A DNA stretch of 64,000 nucleotides from an uncultured Desulfobacterales bacterium (GTDB lineage: Bacteria > Desulfobacterota > DSM-4660 > Desulfatiglandales > HGW-15). The notes beneath the pieces are model-generated. The model worked only from the letters and a program-made list of their open reading frames with translations, searched no databases and had not been told where the DNA came from. How positions within the stretch are numbered: position 1 is the first letter of the stretch; each line of letters opens with the position of its first letter. Shown here in pieces: positions 32,127-41,059 of the stretch. Location: contig CAYUBQ010000001.1 of NCBI GenBank assembly GCA_964443135.1, forward strand, positions 96,719 through 160,718, in the 5' to 3' direction. Both the position numbers and the translations under genes were made by a program.

Positions 32127-34157
32127 ATGACCTCGGAGAACTTCATTCAATGGATCGACGCGGATCGCGTCCAGCTGCTCCTGGAGAGCTTCCACCGCCT
32201 CACGGGGATTCCTTCCGCTCTGCTGGATCGGAGCGGGCGGATCGTGACGAGCCGGTCGGGCCGGGAGCCGGCCATCGGATGGCAGCGGATCTGCACCGAC
32301 TTCCACCGTCAAAATCCCGTGAGCCTGGAGCGATGCCGGGAGAGCGACACCCGGATCTCGAACCAGCTCGAGGCCGGAAATCGCTACAGCTGCTCCGAGT
32401 GCCTCAACGGGCTGGTGGACGTGGCCGTCCCGGTCGTGGTGGACGGGGAGCACGTGCTGACCCTGCTCACCGGGCAGCTCCTCTTCGAGCCGCCGGACCG
32501 GGAGCGCTTTCGGAGGCAGGCCGCCGATCTGGGGTTCGACGAGGAGGACTACCTCGCGGCCCTGGACGAGGTCCCGGTGATGGCGCAGGAGACCGTGGAG
32601 CGGGGCATGACGTTTTTGGCCCACCTGGCGGAGCTCATCGGGGAGCTGACCCGGGGGCAGCGGCGGCTCCTGGAGGTGAACCGGCGGTTCGAGCGGGAGG
32701 TGGAAGAGAGGGCCCGGGAGCTCCACGAGGCGAACCGGGCCCTCAGGGCGGCCGAGGAGGAGGCCGAGAGGGAAGCGGCGGAACGGAAGCGGTTGGAAGC
32801 CGAGAGCCGGGCGCCCCTGGCGCATCTGCGTGAAGTGCTGGAGAACACCACCGACGCCTTTTTCGAGGTACGGGCCGACTTCACGGTCACCTACATCAAC
32901 GAGAAGGCCGAGACGATTCTCGGGCGAAACCGGGAGGAGCTCGTGGGAAGAAACCTCTGGGAGGCCTTTCCCGAGGCCGTGGGCTCGCATTTCGACATCG
33001 AGTACAGGAGGGCCCTGGCCGAGCAGAGCGTTGCGGAGTTCGAAACGCGCTCCGATCGCTCCGGGAGGTGGTACGAGGTCCACGCCTACCCCACGCCCGA
33101 GAGCCTGTCCGTCTACTTCCGGGACATCACCCGGAGGAAGACGGCCGAAAAAAGCTTGCTGGAGTACCACCGGGTCATCGAGCAGTCGGACGACCTCGTG
33201 GGCGTCGTGGACCGGAGCTCGACCTATCGGCTGGTCAACCGGGCCTTTCTGAAGCAGATCGGGCTCGAGCGGGAGGAGGTGATCGGGCGCGGCGTGGCGG
33301 ACGTGCTGGGGGAGAAAATGTATCAGGACATTCGCCCTCACCTGGACCGGGCCTTCGCCGGCGAGCCCGTCGAGCACGAGATGGCGTTCGATCACCCCGA
33401 GGGTCCGAGGACCCTCCTGACCCGCTACGACCCCATCCGCGAGGAGTCGGGCGAGGTGGCCCTGGTCGTGGGCGTGATCCGGGACATCACCAACCTGCGA
33501 AAGGCCGAGCGGGAGCTGGAGGACTTCTTCAACCTCTCCATGGACATGCTGTGCGTGGCCGGGTTCGACGGGTACTTCAAACGCCTCAACCCGGCCTGGG
33601 AACGCACCCTGGGCTGGACCGAGGAGGAGCTCCTGGGGAACCCGTGGATCGACTTCGTCCACCCCGACGACATCCAGCCCACCCTCGACGCGGGAGAGAA
33701 CCTCACCGAGGGCCGGGAGGTCATCTCCTTCGAAAACCGCTACCGCTGTAAGGACGGTACCCTGCGATGGCTGTCCTGGAACTCGAGGCCGCTGCCGGAG
33801 CAGGGCCTGATGTACGGCGTCGTGCGGGACGTCACCGCGGCCAAGGAGGTCGAGGCCGCGCTGCGGGACCGGGACAGGCTCCAGGGGGCCCTGGAGACCG
33901 CCGGCGCCGTCTGCCACGAGCTGAACCAGCCCCTCCAGGCCATCACCGGGTTCACAGACCTCCTCCTGCTGGATGTGACGGACCAGGAGGGTCCATCGGA
34001 GAAGGTCCGCAAGATCCAGGAAGCCGTTCGGCTCATCAACGGCATCACGAGGAAGCTCTCCGGCATCACCCGGTACCAGACCATGGACTACTTTCAGGGG
34101 AGGATCATCGACATCGACCGGTCCTCCGACTGGGCGCCGGGGAGCGCCACGCCCTAG
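32127..34157 (+). CDS. PocR-PAS-PAS-PAS sensor protein ending in a HisKA-type H-box/DHp segment but lacking an HATPase domain
   Basis: ATG at 32127 chosen; the track ORF starts upstream. The N-terminal ..FHRLTGIPSALLDRSGRIV...CTDFHR...C.ESD....CLNGLVDVAVPVVVDGEHV.. is a PocR sensory domain. A coiled coil and three PAS-like repeats follow. Then AGAVCHELNQPLQAITGFTDLLL (H-box) and a stop about 65 aa later. Confidence 0.8.
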   Translation: MTSENFIQWIDADRVQLLLESFHRLTGIPSALLDRSGRIVTSRSGREPAIGWQRICTDFHRQNPVSLERCRESDTRISNQLEAGNRYSCSECLNGLVDVAVPVVVDGEHVLTLLTGQLLFEPPDRERFRRQAADLGFDEEDYLAALDEVPVMAQETVERGMTFLAHLAELIGELTRGQRRLLEVNRRFEREVEERARELHEANRALRAAEEEAEREAAERKRLEAESRAPLAHLREVLENTTDAFFEVRADFTVTYINEKAETILGRNREELVGRNLWEAFPEAVGSHFDIEYRRALAEQSVAEFETRSDRSGRWYEVHAYPTPESLSVYFRDITRRKTAEKSLLEYHRVIEQSDDLVGVVDRSSTYRLVNRAFLKQIGLEREEVIGRGVADVLGEKMYQDIRPHLDRAFAGEPVEHEMAFDHPEGPRTLLTRYDPIREESGEVALVVGVIRDITNLRKAERELEDFFNLSMDMLCVAGFDGYFKRLNPAWERTLGWTEEELLGNPWIDFVHPDDIQPTLDAGENLTEGREVISFENRYRCKDGTLRWLSWNSRPLPEQGLMYGVVRDVTAAKEVEAALRDRDRLQGALETAGAVCHELNQPLQAITGFTDLLLLDVTDQEGPSEKVRKIQEAVRLINGITRKLSGITRYQTMDYFQGRIIDIDRSSDWAPGSATP

Positions 34158-34250
34158 GTCCTCATCCGGCCCGCCCGTCGATCCCGGAAAGCCCTGCCGC
34201 CTCGATGCGGATCCTTTACCGTGAACGCCCCCTCGATGGGCCGGGCGTAG

Positions 34251-34271
34251 GGCGGCATTTCATATGCCGCC
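34251..34271 (+). terminator. Hairpin downstream of the sensor gene (weak terminator candidate)
   Basis: GGCGGCAT-TTCAT-ATGCCGCC, a perfect 8-bp stem, followed 6 nt later by TTTT. Lies 94 nt after the stop. Confidence 0.25.
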
Positions 34272-34466
34272 GCAAGGTTTTCGACAAGCACGTCGGGGTG
34301 TAAAACCCCGCCCTGCGAAAACACCGGTTCTCATCAGGGGGGTGACCGGAAACCGGTCATGGACGTTTGGCATGTGAGATGCCGCCCTGCGGGGGCCTCG
34401 GCGGGGTTGGCAATCTTCCCGGGAATCGTTTACACTGGCGCGGTCTGGAAACAACCACCCGGGATG

Positions 34467-34575
34467 GTGACGATGCATTCGCAAGGACCCGCTCACGCGC
34501 CGCTGGGGACGATATCATTGTTCATATCCCAGGGGCAGATCTCGAGGATTCGGGCTTTTCGCGACTCCATCACGA
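34467..34575 (+). repeat. Copy G of the inverted-repeat element
   Basis: GTGACGATGCATTCGCAAGGACCCGCTCACGCGCCGCTGGGGACG...CCCAGGGGCAGATCTCGAGGATTCGGGCTTTTCGCGACTCCATCACGA. Ends 47 nt upstream of the CMD-family gene start. Confidence 0.9.
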
Positions 34576-34622
34576 TTGAATCGCGGACGTTTCAAACCGG
34601 CACGCCAAGGAAAGGACGGTTC

Positions 34623-35039
34623 ATGGGAAAGGAAGAGGATCTCAAGACACGGACCCGGGAGACGGCCCAAACGCTCTTCGGCAAGGGCATCAAGATGGAC
34701 CCGCCCTACCTGACCTGGAAGGCCTTCGACCGGGAGCTGGCCAACGAGCTCTCCCTGCACATCACCGGCAACCTCTACTCGCGGCAGGTGCTGACCCTGC
34801 CGGAACGCCAGATGGCCACCTGCGCCATGCTGGCGGCGCTCCGCGCCACGGACGAGCTCAAGCTCCACATCAACGGGGCGCTCAACGTGGGGTGCGACCC
34901 GAGAAAGCTGGCCGAGGTCTTTTTTCAGCTCTCCACCTACGGGGGCATGCCCGCGGTGAACGAGGCCCTCCAGGCCTACCGGGAGGTGCTCGAGGAACGG
35001 GGCGAGTGGCCCATCGCCGACGGGCGGGGCGCGGCCTAG
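34623..35039 (+). CDS. Carboxymuconolactone decarboxylase (CMD/AhpD-like) family protein
   Basis: ATG at 34623 follows AAGGAAAGGA. ..LSLHITGNLYSRQVLTLPERQMATCAMLAALRATDELKLHINGALNVG....L.EVFFQLSTYGGMPA is a CMD-family pattern. Confidence 0.75.
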   Translation: MGKEEDLKTRTRETAQTLFGKGIKMDPPYLTWKAFDRELANELSLHITGNLYSRQVLTLPERQMATCAMLAALRATDELKLHINGALNVGCDPRKLAEVFFQLSTYGGMPAVNEALQAYREVLEERGEWPIADGRGAA

Positions 35040-35048
35040 GAGGCAGGG

Positions 35049-36950
35049 ATGGAGGAGATCCGCGGGACGAGTAACCGCGGCCTGGAGGTGGACCTCTCTC
35101 TGGGGGAGATCCGGCCCTTTGCCGTCTCCGAGGAGGATCGCCGGCTCTACCTGGGCGGCAAGGGGCTCGGCCTCAAGCTCCTGTACGACCGGATGCCGCC
35201 GGGGGTGGACCCCCTGGGCGAGGAGAACGTCCTGGCCTTCATGACCGGCGTCTTCCCCGGGACCGGGGCGCCCTGCAGCGCCCGGTTCGCCGCGGTGACC
35301 CGGTCCCCCCTCACCGGCCTCGTGGCCGCCTCCTCCTGCGGGGGGCCCTTCGGCATGGCCCTCAAGACCGCCGGATGGGACGCCCTGCTGATCCGGGGAC
35401 GCTCCGAACGGCCGGTCCGGCTGGTGGTGGACCGGCACGGCGGCCGCATCGAGGACGGGGAGGCGCTCTGGGGGCTCGACACCGTGGAGACCCAGGCCGC
35501 CCTGGGCCTCGGGAAGAAGGACGGCGCCCTGGTGATCGGGCCGGCCGGGGAGAACGGGGTTCTCTTCGCCAACGTGGCCTCGGGCCACCGGTTCTTCGGC
35601 CGGGGCGGCGTCGGGGCGGTCATGGGGGCCAAGGGGCTGAAGGCGGTCCAGGCCGAGGGCGGCGCGTTCCGGATCGTACCCCGGGACCCGGAGCTCTTCC
35701 GGCGCATGCGAAAGCGCGCCACCGCCTACATCAACCGGAACCCGTTCACCTCCCGGGCCTACCGGAAGTTCGGCACGGCCTCCAACCTGAAATTCTGCAC
35801 GGGGGGAGGCATCCTTCCGGTCCGGAATTTCCAGGCCGGGGACGACCCCGAAGCCGACCGGCTCTCGGGGGAGGCCATGAGAAAACGGTACCGTTCCAGG
35901 CCGAGCACGTGCAGGCCCTGCACCATCCTGTGCGGCCACAAGGGGACCTTCCCGGACGGCTCCACGCGGCAGATCGCGGAGTACGAGACCGTGGCGCTCC
36001 TGGGGGCCAACCTGGGCGTGTTCGACCCGGATCGGGTCTCGGACTGGAACGAGCTGTGCGGGCGTCTGGGCATGGACACCATCAGCGCGGGCGGCACCAT
36101 CGCCTTTGCCATGGAGGCGGGGGAGCGCGGGCTCATGAAGACGGACGTACGGTTCGGCTCGCCCGAGGGGGTGGCCGGGACCCTGGAGGCGATCGCCCTC
36201 CGGAAAGGACAGGGCGACGAGCTCGCCGACGGCGTTCGGAGGCTCTCGGAGCGGTACGGCGGAGACGCCTTCGCCATGCACGTCAAGGGCATGGAGGTGG
36301 CCGGCTACGACCCGCGGGGCTCCTGGGGACAGGGGCTGGCCTATGCCGTGGCCAACCGGGGCGCCTGCCACCTCTCGGCCACCCTGTTCCCGCTGGAGGT
36401 GTTCTTCGGTCTGCTCCGGCCCCGGACCGTCCGGGCCAAGGCCGAGTTCGTCCGTTTTCTCGAGAGCCTCTACGCCGCGGTCAACTCGCTCCAGACGTGT
36501 CTCTTCACGGCCTACGCCTACATGCTGGAGCCGCCCGCGAGCCGTTTCACGCCCAAGCCCCTCCTGGGCCTCACCATGCAGTACCTGCCCAGCCTCGCCC
36601 TCAAGCTCATGGACGTCACCACCTTCAATCGCCTCTACGAGGCCATCACCGGGCTTCCCCTGTCCCAGGCCGGGATGATCCGGGCCGGGGACCGCATCCA
36701 CACCCTGGAACGCTGGATGAACACCCGGGAGGGCGTCTCCCGCAAGGACGACACCCTCCCGGCGCGGTTTCTCCTGGAGGACGACCCCGAGGATCCCCGG
36801 AGGCGGGCCGTGCCGCTCGACCTCATGCTCGATCGGTACTACCGGCTCCGGGGCTTCGACCCGGAAGGCGTTCCCACGCCCGAGACATTGGAGGCGCTGG
36901 GCATCCCGGCGGGCGCCCCCCGGGAGGCGGGGCCTCAGGCGGCCAGGTAG
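35049..36950 (+). CDS. Aldehyde:ferredoxin oxidoreductase family (tungstopterin) enzyme
   Basis: 633 aa. ..YLGGKGLGLKLLYD...DPLGEENVLAFMTGVFPGTGAPCSARFAAVTRSPLTG.. matches the AOR N-domain. A Cys-containing ..RPSTCRPCTILC.. 4Fe-4S region and ..GMEVAGYDPRG..G.GLAYAVANRGACH follow. Confidence 0.9.
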   Translation: MEEIRGTSNRGLEVDLSLGEIRPFAVSEEDRRLYLGGKGLGLKLLYDRMPPGVDPLGEENVLAFMTGVFPGTGAPCSARFAAVTRSPLTGLVAASSCGGPFGMALKTAGWDALLIRGRSERPVRLVVDRHGGRIEDGEALWGLDTVETQAALGLGKKDGALVIGPAGENGVLFANVASGHRFFGRGGVGAVMGAKGLKAVQAEGGAFRIVPRDPELFRRMRKRATAYINRNPFTSRAYRKFGTASNLKFCTGGGILPVRNFQAGDDPEADRLSGEAMRKRYRSRPSTCRPCTILCGHKGTFPDGSTRQIAEYETVALLGANLGVFDPDRVSDWNELCGRLGMDTISAGGTIAFAMEAGERGLMKTDVRFGSPEGVAGTLEAIALRKGQGDELADGVRRLSERYGGDAFAMHVKGMEVAGYDPRGSWGQGLAYAVANRGACHLSATLFPLEVFFGLLRPRTVRAKAEFVRFLESLYAAVNSLQTCLFTAYAYMLEPPASRFTPKPLLGLTMQYLPSLALKLMDVTTFNRLYEAITGLPLSQAGMIRAGDRIHTLERWMNTREGVSRKDDTLPARFLLEDDPEDPRRRAVPLDLMLDRYYRLRGFDPEGVPTPETLEALGIPAGAPREAGPQAAR

Positions 36951-38107
36951 CCGCCCGGGACCAGGCTGGTGGCCAGCATCACCCGGTTGATGTCCAGGTG
37001 GTCGTTCCAGGTGGAGACGCCCTGGTTTTCCCGGTCGAGCCAGAAGGCCTCGATGGTGTCGGCCAGGGGCAGGAACCGCTCGAGGGAGTCGACTCCGGCC
37101 TTCACGGCCCGGCTGTCCCGGAATCGGGCCTCCTCCTCGGCCGCTCTTTCCTGCAGCCCCTCCACGGCCCGGAGTCCCAGGGAGAGGCCGAGCTCGCGAA
37201 AGGCGAGGCGGTACTGGGCCGGGAGCCGGGTCGCGGGGTTCTTCTCGTAGGCCTCGAGGCTGGGCCGGGCCGCCGCCAGGAGCTCCAGGGCCAGCTCCTC
37301 CTTGGCCGCGTCCCCCTGGGTCACCAGGCGGGCCGCCCGCCAGGCGTCCGTGAGCAGCCCCCCGATGCCCAGCGGGTCCTCCGTGACGAAGCGCATGCCC
37401 TCGCAGAGCCGGGCGAGCTCGGCGATCTCCTTCCCCAGTCCGGGCCACGAGCTCCGCTCGCAGTCCCGGGGCGCGTCCCACTCCAGCTCGCTCAAGGTGA
37501 CCAGGCCGTCCAGGGGGTCGTGCGCCCCCATGAACGGGACCAGCGGCCGGGTGAGGTCGATGCTCATCTTCCAGGCCATTCGCTTCTCCCCCCCGGGCCA
37601 GACGTCGTAGACGAACGCGGCGTGCGCGGACTGTGCGAGCTCCACGGCCCACCGGAGGTAGCGCGTGTCCCGGAGGGCCTGCGACGCCCGGTCCAGCGCG
37701 ATCATCCACTTGGTCAGGTAGTGGTAGTACTGGCCGTCCCGGTCCCACTCCAGCTGCTCGTCGTAGGCCTCGTCCTCCTTCCGCTCGTTCATCCCCTTGC
37801 CGATCCGAAGACCGCCCCGGGTGGGGTGCTTCCGCCCCTCCTCCTCGGAAAGCCCGCTGATCCAGCCGGTCCTGGCGTCGTCCGGCCGGTGCCGGCCGAG
37901 CACGGAGTGGACCTGGTCCACGAGACGGGTCGCAAGATCCGCATAGGTCTCGTCCCCCGTCAGGCGCCGGAGCTCCAGAAAGTTGCAGACCGCGAAGGCG
38001 TCCGTCCAGAGGTAGCGCCGGGCGGGGCGGCCCGGGGTGATCCCCGTGTCCCGGGCGAATCCGGTCATGATGCGTACGGCCTCTTTCACGGAGGCGTTTT
38101 GTTCCAT
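36935..38107 (-). CDS. Hypothetical protein (390 aa), probably an alpha/alpha-toroid fold
   Basis: ATG at 38107 (MEQNASVKEAV..). G/C-rich third positions, helical and Trp/Asp-rich (..YLWTDAFAVCNFLEL..QYYHYLTKWMIALD..). No family named with confidence. Its 3' end overlaps the AOR gene by 16 nt (convergent). Confidence 0.6.
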   Translation of the reverse strand: MEQNASVKEAVRIMTGFARDTGITPGRPARRYLWTDAFAVCNFLELRRLTGDETYADLATRLVDQVHSVLGRHRPDDARTGWISGLSEEEGRKHPTRGGLRIGKGMNERKEDEAYDEQLEWDRDGQYYHYLTKWMIALDRASQALRDTRYLRWAVELAQSAHAAFVYDVWPGGEKRMAWKMSIDLTRPLVPFMGAHDPLDGLVTLSELEWDAPRDCERSSWPGLGKEIAELARLCEGMRFVTEDPLGIGGLLTDAWRAARLVTQGDAAKEELALELLAAARPSLEAYEKNPATRLPAQYRLAFRELGLSLGLRAVEGLQERAAEEEARFRDSRAVKAGVDSLERFLPLADTIEAFWLDRENQGVSTWNDHLDINRVMLATSLVPGGYLAA

Positions 38108-38289
38108 CCCTCTCGCTCTCCTTCGCCGTTGTTCTCTGCCTTCTGTTTCCAGTCGGAGATTCCTGCACGGCGCGGCAGGAATCGATCGACTCCTCACGCA
38201 ACACTAAGACCGAAATCCGCTTTTGCAATTGCCGCAGGGAAAAGGGCCGCCGTGAGGGCTCACGCCGACCTGGGGTTGCCTGTGACGGG

Positions 38290-38819
38290 CTACCGTGCGT
38301 GGAAGAGCGCCAGGCGGATCCCCAGGCCCAGGAACAGGAGCCCGGCGGCGAACGAGCGGCCCATCCGTTCCCGGAACCAGGCGGATCCCAGGGCCAGCAT
38401 CAGGCACCAGATGGTGCCGGTGATGAGAAAGGTCAGCCCCAGGACGAGCAGGGCCGGGAAGGCCGTGTCTGCGCGGGGGCTGACGAACCGGGGCAGGAAG
38501 GGTCGGTCGAGTCGTCCGGGGCCCCCTGCCCGCCGCCGTGGAGAAACCCGATCCCGATCCAGATCAGGTACCCGGCGCCCAGCATCTTCACGATCCCGAA
38601 GGCCAGGGAGGACGCGGCCAGGACCGCGGAGAGCCCCAGCGTGGCCAGCAGGGTGTGGATCAAGGTGCCGGTGCCGATGCCGAGCGCCGACACCACGCCG
38701 GCCTCCCTTCCCTGGGCCACACTGCGCCCCACGACGTAGAAGGTGTCCTGGCCGGGCGTGATGTTGAGCAGCACGCCCGAAAGGACGAACAGGGGGTAGT
38801 GCTCGATTCCGAACATCAC
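38290..38819 (-). pseudogene. LysE/RhtB-family exporter, internally deleted and frameshifted
   Basis: The first ~95 aa (MMFGIEHYPLFVLSGVLLNITPGQDTFYVV..LGAGYLIWIGIGFL) are LysE-like, then the frame turns to Pro/Ser-rich sequence. The LysE-like C-terminus (RFVSPRADTAFPALLVLGLTFLITGTIWCLMLALGSAWFRERMGRSFAAGLLFLGLGIRLALFHAR*) reads in another frame, ending at 38290. The usual NPK-containing middle is missing. Confidence 0.5.
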
Positions 38820-38826
38820 GGCCGCC

Positions 38827-39687
38827 TCAGGGCGAGACCTCCAGGTCCTCGAGGTGGAACGAGCGCATCATGAACCGGTGAAAGGCGTCGTCGTCCAGCT
38901 CCGCCCGCTTTCCGAGGAACTCCTCGCTGAAGGGGCCCGTCGAGTAGACCGCCCTGGGCTCCTCGGAGAGCACGGCCTCCAGGATCAGGTCCACCACGAC
39001 CTCGGGCCCGGGCACGGTCAGACCCGCGAAGCGCTTTCCCATGGCCGCGCCCGCGGTCTGGTAGACCGGCAAATAGTCCGGGTCGGTGCGGGCCATGAGA
39101 TCCCCGGTCCACTCGGTGGCGACCTCGTTGAACTCGGTCGCAATGGGGCCCGGGCGGATGGCCGAGACGTGGATGCCGAAGGGCGCCAGCTCCATGCGCA
39201 GCCCGTCCGTGATCCCCTCGACCGCGTACTTGGTGGAGGCGTAGACCCCGCTCGTGGGAAAGGCGAACCGGCCGACGATGGAGCTCAGGTTCACGATCCG
39301 CCCGCTCCTCTGCCTGCGCATGCCGGGGAGGCACGCCTGGGTGACCCGGATCAGAGCGAAGACGTTCACCTCGTAGAGGCGTTTCACGGTCTCCCAGGAG
39401 ACATCCTCCAGGGCGCCCCGAACGCTGTACCCCGCGTTGTTGACGAGCACGGAGACCGGTTCGGGCAGCTTTCCCACGAAGCCGCAGAAGGCCTCGGTCT
39501 CCTCGGGAAGGGAGAGGTCCACCCGCCTGGGCTCGATCCCCTTCTGCTTGGCGGCGAGCTCCTCCAGGCGATCCATCCGCCGGGCTGCGGCGATGACCCG
39601 GAACCCCTTCTTCGCCAGGCGGACGGCCGTCTCGCGTCCGATCCCGCTGCTGGCTCCTGTGACCAGTGCGGTCCTCCGATCTTTCAT
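38827..39687 (-). CDS. Short-chain dehydrogenase/reductase (SDR)
   Basis: TALVTGASSGIGRETA is the TGxxxGxG motif. Also NNAG, and ..SGVYASTKYAVEG is the YxxxK motif. Confidence 0.9.
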   Translation of the reverse strand: MKDRRTALVTGASSGIGRETAVRLAKKGFRVIAAARRMDRLEELAAKQKGIEPRRVDLSLPEETEAFCGFVGKLPEPVSVLVNNAGYSVRGALEDVSWETVKRLYEVNVFALIRVTQACLPGMRRQRSGRIVNLSSIVGRFAFPTSGVYASTKYAVEGITDGLRMELAPFGIHVSAIRPGPIATEFNEVATEWTGDLMARTDPDYLPVYQTAGAAMGKRFAGLTVPGPEVVVDLILEAVLSEEPRAVYSTGPFSEEFLGKRAELDDDAFHRFMMRSFHLEDLEVSP

Positions 39688-39912
39688 GGCTCCTCCTTGG
39701 AACAGGCTGGGACGCCGGGCTGCAAACCTCGACCGGGCATCCGGTTCGACGCCGAGGCCCGATCATTGTATGACGGGAAGCGAAGCGTGAAAAGCCGAAA
39801 TCCGGGGCTTGCCGTGCGGAGGGCGAAGAACCCGGAGGGAATGGGGGTCACCGGAGGTCGAACCGTCCCGCGGAAAGGGCCGGTTCGGGCGGGTTGAAAG
39901 GAGAGGTTTCCG

Positions 39913-40146
39913 CTACGAAGGGTCCCGGGTTCGAGGGGGACGCTTCTCTTTCGAGGCCCGCCGCCGGCCGCTTTTCCCCAGGAGCGCGTTCAGACCCATC
40001 CCCGCCAGGACGAACAGGGCGGGAATCACGGTGAAGCCGATCCACCAGGGCCATCCGGCGTGGTGACAGATGTTGCGCCCCAGCACCGCCCCGACCAGGT
40101 AGACCACCACCCAGGGCCCGATGTCTCGTTTCCTTCCTGCCTTCAT
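39913..40146 (-). CDS. Small membrane protein (77 aa), hypothetical
   Basis: MKAGRKRDIGPWVVVYLVGAVLGRNICHHAGWPWWIGFTVIPALFVLAGMGLNALLGK.. has two hydrophobic helices and strongly G/C-biased third positions. It is the tail of a longer track ORF (39913..40911). Confidence 0.45.
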   Translation of the reverse strand: MKAGRKRDIGPWVVVYLVGAVLGRNICHHAGWPWWIGFTVIPALFVLAGMGLNALLGKSGRRRASKEKRPPRTRDPS

Positions 40147-40163
40147 GTGCGCCGCCGTCCGTT

Positions 40164-40778
40164 CTACAGGATCTCCATCAGCTTCAGGCCCTCGTGAAAG
40201 AAGGCTCCGGCCAGCACCGCCAGCATCGCGCCCAGAAACCGCATGATGAACCGGTAGGCCCGGCCCGAAAGGAACGACTTGTAACGGCCGGTCAGCGCGG
40301 CCAGGGCCGTCTTCGATCCCACCAGCAGGACGTAGAAACCGCCCAGAAAGGCCAGGGGCGGCAGGAGGCCTTCCCGCGAGGCCCGGATGATGGTGGGTGC
40401 GCCCACGCTGAGCCAGAAGAGATAGGGGTGCGGGCTCATCACATTGGCCAGGATCCCCCGGGTCAGGGATCCGGTCCGCCCCTCCTTGACGTCCAACTCG
40501 ATCCCCCGGGTCCGGAGGCACCCGTAGGAGAGGTACAGGAGGAAGCAGCCGCCGGCCAGCGAGATCCCTCCCAGCACACCGTGGAACCCGGCGAACCTCG
40601 ACAGGACGAAGACCGTCAGAAGGATGATCGGCAGGTCGGTCACGACCGGCGCCAGGGCCACCTTCATCCCGGCCGCCATGTCGTGCCGGAGGGTCTCGGA
40701 GATCGTCAGGACCAGCAGCGGTCCGGGAGACACCCCCGCGTACAGGCCCAGCGCGATGCCCATGGCCAGAAACTCCAT
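40164..40778 (-). CDS. LysE-family amino-acid exporter (intact paralogue)
   Basis: ATG at 40778: MEFLAMGIALGLYAGVSPGPLLVLTISETL....GILANVMSPHPYLFWLSVGAP.. About 204 aa, the typical LysE length and topology. Confidence 0.8.
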   Translation of the reverse strand: MEFLAMGIALGLYAGVSPGPLLVLTISETLRHDMAAGMKVALAPVVTDLPIILLTVFVLSRFAGFHGVLGGISLAGGCFLLYLSYGCLRTRGIELDVKEGRTGSLTRGILANVMSPHPYLFWLSVGAPTIIRASREGLLPPLAFLGGFYVLLVGSKTALAALTGRYKSFLSGRAYRFIMRFLGAMLAVLAGAFFHEGLKLMEIL

Positions 40779-40780
40779 GT

Positions 40781-41020
40781 TCAGTGGCTCCCGCCCTGCT
40801 GCGAGCCCGCCTCCCCCGCCCTTTCCATGGCGGCTCGTCCTCCAGGAGGAACCGCGCCGGCAGGGGTGAAGCCCACCAGAAAGCTGACCGCCGACCACCG
40901 GCTGTCCTCAACAGCCTCGTTCGCCTCGTGGAGCATGTCCTCCACGGCCGCCAGGGTGTAGAGCCCGGCGGCGAAGACCAGGCCGAGCATCTTCACGGAC
41001 TCGTCTTGTCCCCGCAACAC
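40781..41020 (-). CDS. Possible small protein upstream of the LysE gene
   Basis: Open frame ending 2 nt before the LysE ATG. G/C-rich third positions in its first half. No family, and the start is uncertain. Confidence 0.25.
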   Translation of the reverse strand: MLRGQDESVKMLGLVFAAGLYTLAAVEDMLHEANEAVEDSRWSAVSFLVGFTPAGAVPPGGRAAMERAGEAGSQQGGSH

Positions 41021-41059
41021 GAAATATGCGGCCGTCCCTGGAGCACCGAGACCCCGCTC

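Noticed and set aside
34515-38761. The 1237-aa minus-strand ORF (34515..38228) and the 1128-aa plus-strand ORF (35375..38761).
   Set aside because: Both are Arg/Pro/Gly-dominated. They overlap the AOR gene, the 390-aa gene and the LysE remnant, which have real family signatures. No start context or domain was recognisable.
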